A model generated the notes under the pieces. That model saw only the letters and a program-made list of their open reading frames with translations. It was not told the DNA's origin and did not search any database. A stretch of 63,023 nt of DNA, filler included, from Licmophora abbreviata (lineage: Eukaryota): the NCBI GenBank assembly GCA_900291995.1. It is 14 parts of 14 records of this genome, joined end to end, with 100 filler letters (N's around TTAATTAATTAA, not from the genome) between each part and the next. Parts side by side here need not be neighbours in the genome. Positions count along the whole stretch, not along the records: positions 53,674 to 58,033 come from OLMU01004824.1; positions 58,134 to 61,392 come from OLMU01004825.1; positions 61,493 to 63,023 come from OLMU01004847.1; 11 more parts are not named here. One strand, written 5' to 3'. Positions 57,691 to 63,023 of the stretch are shown in pieces (positions within the stretch are counted from its first letter, which is position 1; each line of letters opens with the position of its first letter). The position numbers were made by a program, and so were the translations under genes.

Positions 57691-57992
57691 GAACATGGCG
57701 GATGAGGTGAAAGTCCAATGAAAGTCAGTTGAAAACGTTCGACTGACTGCTTTCGACTGAGGGGTCACGTGTTGTAAACTTGTCCAAGGTGTGACCCCGT
57801 AGGATGATGCTTAGGTCGCCTCATGACCAATGCATACGCTAAGAACATGGCGGATGAGGTGAAGGCACAATGAAAATCAGTCGAAAACGTTCGACTGACT
57901 GCTTTCGACTGAGGGGTCACGTGTTGTAAACTTGTCCAAGGTGTGACCCCGTAGGATGATGTTAAGGTTGCCCCATGACCAACGCATACACT
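57691..57992. repeat. Direct tandem repeat, 2 x 152 bp, with internal inverted repeats
   Basis: Units start at 57691 and 57843 (GAACATGGCGGATGAGGTGAA...) and differ by scattered substitutions. Confidence 0.95.
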
Positions 57993-58243
57993 CATCGTCA
58001 TTCTCTGGCTAGAAACGTAGCATTTCTCAATGTNNNNNNNNNNNNNNNNNNNNNNNNNNNNNNNNNNNNNNNNNNNNTTAATTAATTAANNNNNNNNNNN
58101 NNNNNNNNNNNNNNNNNNNNNNNNNNNNNNNNNCATCGTCATTCTCTGGCTAGAAACGTAGCATTTCTCAATGTTGGTAAAAGCAGTAGTGGTGGACAGG
58201 ACAGTTGAGAGCAGTCGAGCCGGGAGCCATCACTCAATTGTGG

Positions 58244-58452
58244 GGTTCACGCCAAGAAGGTTCACGCACCCTCAAGCGCATCACTCAGAACTGGATGTCC
58301 TTCATTGCGTGAACCATTGCCCCAAGTACAGACCGTCGTAGGGTTCACTCTTGTCCAAGGTTCGCTCAAGGGTTCACTCCACGGTTCACTCCAAGGTTCA
58401 CTCCAAGGTTCGCCCAAAAGGTTCACTCCAAAATGTGGTCAAAGGTTCACGC
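58244..58452. repeat. Cluster of GGTTCRC motifs with a ~12-bp core array (AAGGTTCACTCC)
   Basis: About 10 direct copies plus one inverted copy (GTGAACC at 58309). Confidence 0.85.
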
Positions 58453-58742
58453 TTGCAGATCACCCGACTCCGAGGCTGCGTTCGCCGCGCGCGGCGACGG
58501 AATTCGGAATGGCGTCCGAGCGGTCCGAGCCGCGTTGTTTTTTAGCTTCACGAGCTCCAAGCTCCGTAAATGCTGAGAAGTTCTGTAGTCGAGTGAATCG
58601 AGCCTAGTCGAGTAAGTCACACATGTCTCAATTCGAGAAAGAAACTGAAGCCGGAGTTCAAAAGTTGACGTCTCTCAATGACATTCGAGTTCTGTTAGGG
58701 TTGGTCGACCCCCTATCTCCCTACAAGTAGCTACTACGTAGT

Positions 58743-60293
58743 ATGTGGTCCAGAAGTCGAAGTGTTTCGTCGATTCTGGTCCGCGGAAGACAAGAATTGC
58801 ACCAGACGGTCCGTTTCCGCTCCGACAGTCACTCCAAAGTACTGCCATCGGCAAAGGAAGCCTTGGGGCGGGTACCCTCGCTTGAGAATGCAACAGTCTG
58901 TGTTGGTGGCTTTGGGACGGGCGGCAACCCTGAAACTCTCCTGAATGAGCTCAGTGCTACCGATCGCGCGTCGAATCTCACGGTCGCCTCCCTCACCGGC
59001 GGCCTCGACAATTTCGGCGTTGGGAAGCTGATTGACCACAACAAGGTGAAACGGCTGATTAGCAGCTATGTGGGTGAAAACAATGAGCTCGAAAAGCGCT
59101 TCTTCGGTGGTCAACTCGAAGTGGAACTGACTCCCCAAGGGACATTGGCGGCTCGAATGAATGCCGCAGGAGCCGGCATACCTGCCTTTTTCACGCCCGC
59201 AGGCGCCGGAACAATATATGCTCATGGAGGTATTCCCATCAAGTACAAGAATGATGGGTCGCAAGAAGTGGAAATTGCGTCGCCAAAACGCATCACTGAA
59301 GTTTTCGATGGGGTGGAGTACGTCAAGGAGTATGCTTTGAAGAGTGAAGTGTCCCTAGTCAAGGCTTACAAGGCCGATACCCGAGGCAATCTCATCTTTC
59401 GAGGTACCGCTCGCAATGCCAATCCTGATGCAGGCATGGCGGGCAACGTGACCATTGCGGAAGCCGAGCATATTGTAGAAGCGGGGGAGCTGGATCCAAA
59501 CGAAATTCATTTGCCGGGAGTCTATGTGCATCATGTCATTGCGGCAACTGACAATGAGAAGCCGATCGAGCGATTGCGTGTTTCGGATGCCGGCACGAAA
59601 GGAGTTGTCAAGGGTGGCCGTGGCAGAATTATGCGTCGAGCGGCTCGAGAATTTCAGGATGGCATGTACGTAAACCTCGGTATTGGGATGCCGACAATGG
59701 CTTCTAACTATATACCAGATGGAGTCAAGATCGAACTGCAGGCAGAAAATGGACTCATGGGGATTGGGCCTTATCCCATGACGGAACTCAAGGCGGATGC
59801 GGACTATATCAATGCTGGAAAAGAAACGATAACGGCCTTGCCAGGTGCCAGTACGTTTAGCAGTCATGACAGTTTTAATATGATTCGAGGTGGTCACATT
59901 GATTTGACTATGTTGGGAGCCTTGCAGTGCAGTGCGTCGGGTGACTTGGCCAACTGGATTGTCCCGGGAAGATTACTCAAGGGGATGGGCGGCGCCATGG
60001 ACTTGGTGGGTGCTCCTGGATCCCGTGTCGTCATTACCATGGATCATACGGCCAAGGATGGGACACCGAAAATAATGCAGCAGTGCAGTCTACCCCTGAC
60101 AGGACACAAGGTCGTCGACCGAATTATAACGGACATGGGAGTGTTTGACTGTGACAAGGTGGGACAAACGGGTCTGACACTGGTGGAAATTGCGCCTGGC
60201 ATCACTGCAAACGACGTTCGACAGGCGACAGCATGCGACTTCGCAGTCGTTTCCGATCCAATTCCGCTGATGGACGATCATGTGGATACATAG
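58743..60293 (+). CDS. OXCT1: Succinyl-CoA:3-ketoacid CoA transferase (SCOT), mitochondrial
   Basis: VGGFG, SSYVGEN, PQGTLA, YVNLGIGMP, catalytic AENG and KGMGGAMDLV; fused alpha and beta subunits with a mitochondrial-type leader. Confidence 0.95.
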   Translation: MWSRSRSVSSILVRGRQELHQTVRFRSDSHSKVLPSAKEALGRVPSLENATVCVGGFGTGGNPETLLNELSATDRASNLTVASLTGGLDNFGVGKLIDHNKVKRLISSYVGENNELEKRFFGGQLEVELTPQGTLAARMNAAGAGIPAFFTPAGAGTIYAHGGIPIKYKNDGSQEVEIASPKRITEVFDGVEYVKEYALKSEVSLVKAYKADTRGNLIFRGTARNANPDAGMAGNVTIAEAEHIVEAGELDPNEIHLPGVYVHHVIAATDNEKPIERLRVSDAGTKGVVKGGRGRIMRRAAREFQDGMYVNLGIGMPTMASNYIPDGVKIELQAENGLMGIGPYPMTELKADADYINAGKETITALPGASTFSSHDSFNMIRGGHIDLTMLGALQCSASGDLANWIVPGRLLKGMGGAMDLVGAPGSRVVITMDHTAKDGTPKIMQQCSLPLTGHKVVDRIITDMGVFDCDKVGQTGLTLVEIAPGITANDVRQATACDFAVVSDPIPLMDDHVDT

Positions 60294-60696
60294 AGAGAAA
60301 ATAGGGTGGAGTTAAACTATCATGGCATTGAGAATTAACTGATGGCCGATAGGTCCAAATCGGATTTTAGCTCGAGCGAGAGCGCGATCGACTTCAAATC
60401 GATCAGAGTTTGAAATTCAACATAACATCACAAAATCGCCAATTTCGGTGTGTGTGACAATGGTCCGCTGATCGTCTGTCCTGCTCAAAAAGACTTCTTT
60501 CCTTCCGCCCTATCAAATAATCGGGCTTCTCTAGTCTATCGTGAGTCCTCGTCGAAGCCGCACATTCTCAAATCGCTTCTCGGTGGAAAACTACGTTGTC
60601 AGATCGGCGAAGACCGACCTGTTTCAGAAGGTTTTCATGCCGTTTAATCTTTAATCTCCTACAGTACGACGTAGTACAATATAGCTGGAGCAGGCC

Positions 60697-61392
60697 ATGA
60701 TGAGATGCACCACCATGCAGCTGTGTCTGTGCAGTCTGGTTACTTCTCTTTTGCTGCCCCATGCGACAGTAGCGTTAAGTACGGCCTCGGGCATTTTGAA
60801 AAGACCATCGCGGCCACGACGGCGGAGGTCGAATCACTATGGTCATGTATCACCGTTGCCGTCATCGTCACACTCGCTAGAAATAGCAACGCCTTTAAGA
60901 AACAGAAATGGGGCACTGTTAGCCCGTCGCGAAGGAGGCCTGGACGCGGAAGACTTTGCAGTGAATATTGAGTCTGCTCTCGAGGCGGCAGAAATTGCCT
61001 TACAGAAAGCTGAAATGGCGGACAAGAAGCGACCTCAAATGAGCAGTAGTTCCGAGGACGCCAACGAGAAGAGGTCCAACAGTATCTTGAGGAGTGACTA
61101 CATGCTTGAGGCCATTGAAGAAGAAATTGATACAACAATGCAGGCAGTACAAGTGCTTCTGGGAACACCCGGTGACGGTGGTTTGTACGATGTAGATTTC
61201 CTCTTTTCCGATGCCAGCCAGATTGTCGACTTCTTGTCGCAGCCGGGAATGAGCGCCGCGAAGCTCGACGCGTTCCTAGGGGAAAAACAAATGGAAGCGA
61301 ATCTACTAAAACAGCGAATACGAGAGGTGAAACGAAGACGGCGCAAGCAAGCAAAAGTCGATACTGCTATTTTTGTTGCGCTTGATGGATTT
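60697..61392 (+). CDS. Hypothetical presequence-bearing protein, 3' end in gap
   Basis: Signal peptide ending TVA|L, R/S-rich transit-like stretch, then helical coiled segments. Confidence 0.55.
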
Positions 61393-61645
61393 NNNNNNNN
61401 NNNNNNNNNNNNNNNNNNNNNNNNNNNNNNNNNNNNTTAATTAATTAANNNNNNNNNNNNNNNNNNNNNNNNNNNNNNNNNNNNNNNNNNNNTCTTTTCA
61501 TCATCCCGCCGTCGATTCGTTCTCCTTGCTCTCGCTCTTGGAAGAAACCCTCCGCGTGTGTCCCCCCAATAGTGACAGTGAACGTCGCAAGGTTTTGAGT
61601 GCTTCTCAAGTACTTTTTCAAATTTGTAATTTTCCACTCACAAAT

Positions 61646-62713
61646 ATGACAAAGATTCGTTGTTCCAGAATCCTGTCGCTCACCAGAATGGTGCTGATGA
61701 TGATGCTTTGGACGACCGTACTCCTCTCGAGCAGCTTCTTCTGTTCGCATACGCATGCGTTTTCATCGACTGCTTTTTCTTCTTCTATAACTTCTGTCCT
61801 ACAGCAGCCCGAGACAACAATGTCACGGTTTGGACAGCCTTCGGCACTACTACCGCGCCACAATCACCTCACTACTACTAGTAGACGCCATTCTACTTTT
61901 GAATCTACTACAAGACCACATTCCATCTCTTCCTCTTCTACTTCACTACATTCTTCTTCCTCTTCCGTTTGGGCATATACACTCGACACTATCCGGACAT
62001 TTTCCTCTTCCTCCGCCCTCCAGACTGTCACCGATCGTGCCTTGCAAACACCTCCCGTTGTCTACTTTTGTGCATTGCTACTCGCTGGCCTCGGTGTTCC
62101 AGTATCCGAAGATGCACTCTGTCTCTTTGCTGGGACAGTATGGAATACGATGGATCGACGAAAGCAACTGAATTTGGTCTTGAGTTTGTACGGGGGCGTG
62201 GTTCTGTCGGATGTTGTAACGTTTTGGATAGGACGAGCCCTGCGTACAGGAATGCTAGAACCGCTACGAAATCGACTGCAACTCAACAGCGACGCTACTG
62301 ATAATGATGATGAAAAAGGCACTGAGATGAGCATGGTCTCTGTCGAGGCCTTGGAGAAGGGAGGCAGGGTACGAAAGCGTGACAAGCTTCGCAATGCCAT
62401 GACCAAGTCCGGAGACTATGTTGGTTTCGTCATTCGCTTCAGTGTTGGCACGCGAGGGCCGCTCATGCTCCTGACGGGCTTTACCAACCGCGTCAAGTTT
62501 TGGAAGTTCTTGGTGGGCACCAGCTTGGGTGCCATGATTACCGTGCCGCTGCAATTGTATTTGGGATATGCGTTGGGACACAACCATCCAGCGGCGGTTG
62601 TGACTGTGGTGGGTGGTATTTCGACCTTTGTATTGGCGACTGCAGCAGTTATTGGTGTCGCCTCTTGGGGAACGCTGTTACTTCGACAAGTACAAAAGTG
62701 GCAGAAAGGCTAA
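61646..62713 (+). CDS. DedA/VTT (SNARE-associated) membrane protein, probably plastid-targeted
   Basis: LAGLGVPVSEDALCLFAG, GGVVLSDVVTFWIGR and IRFSVGTR; leader ending THA|FS. Confidence 0.85.
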   Translation: MTKIRCSRILSLTRMVLMMMLWTTVLLSSSFFCSHTHAFSSTAFSSSITSVLQQPETTMSRFGQPSALLPRHNHLTTTSRRHSTFESTTRPHSISSSSTSLHSSSSSVWAYTLDTIRTFSSSSALQTVTDRALQTPPVVYFCALLLAGLGVPVSEDALCLFAGTVWNTMDRRKQLNLVLSLYGGVVLSDVVTFWIGRALRTGMLEPLRNRLQLNSDATDNDDEKGTEMSMVSVEALEKGGRVRKRDKLRNAMTKSGDYVGFVIRFSVGTRGPLMLLTGFTNRVKFWKFLVGTSLGAMITVPLQLYLGYALGHNHPAAVVTVVGGISTFVLATAAVIGVASWGTLLLRQVQKWQKG

Positions 62714-63023
62714 AAGTGGTGTTTGGCATGCATGCGTGGGTGTCAAGGCGACTTTTGTATGATAGCGAACAGGTACCGGGTATGAGCAGAGTTGGCTCAG
62801 GACCGACGGATCGGTCCGTCTAGCAGCTGGGGAGTCGAAACCGATGCGGTCACCGAGCGCAATGCTTGAATAAGTTAGTCTAAGCGATGAATACAGTCTC
62901 TAAGAAGTCGTATGATATGTTGATGGTGATGCGCGATGTCTTTGAATCATGGCGAGAACACAGGAGATCTTCCGGGCGGTTCAGTCGTGGGTCGCATTTC
63001 TCAGTCGTGCGTCGTCGTGTATA

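Noticed and set aside
57691..58452. Possible CRISPR array, hammerhead ribozyme or SECIS element
   Set aside because: No repeat-spacer pattern and no cas genes; no CUGANGA/GAAA core around a stem; no proper GA quartet and no upstream selenoprotein on that strand.

Overview
Gene-dense eukaryotic nuclear DNA, most likely from a diatom. The evidence is short GT-AG introns of about 80-125 nt, many signal peptides ending in A|F or A|W bipartite plastid-type presequences, and typical stramenopile gene content; the species cannot be determined from the sequence. It is a draft scaffold with 13 artificial 100-nt gap spacers (44 N + TTAATTAATTAA + 44 N) and several probable single-base sequencing errors. 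About 40 protein genes are supported: MOSC, two p24/TMED, GAF-like+HPP transporter, eIF2-gamma, queuosine salvage protein, TrmA/RlmD methyltransferase, NYN nuclease, PPR, RPL11, a double CaMK-like kinase, ARM, RRM, ankyrin, UROD, class V aminotransferase, GH20, SNase, COX16, P450, RPS18, HSP70, SCOT, DedA and several unknowns. There is also an intron-containing tRNA-Arg(UCG). The most notable items are: (1) a giant, probably plastid-targeted, membrane-anchored protein with 22-aa amphipathic repeats and at least four exon-duplicated beta-domains that resemble, from recollection, the PyShell pyrenoid-shell fold; (2) a GAF-like domain fused to an HPP nitrite-transporter domain; (3) a presequence-bearing NYN-LOTUS-SAP-LOTUS nuclease; (4) a duplicated pair of CRAL-TRIO-like and twin-CX9C genes; (5) a structured 152-bp tandem repeat; (6) an RPS18 start codon split by a long structured intron.
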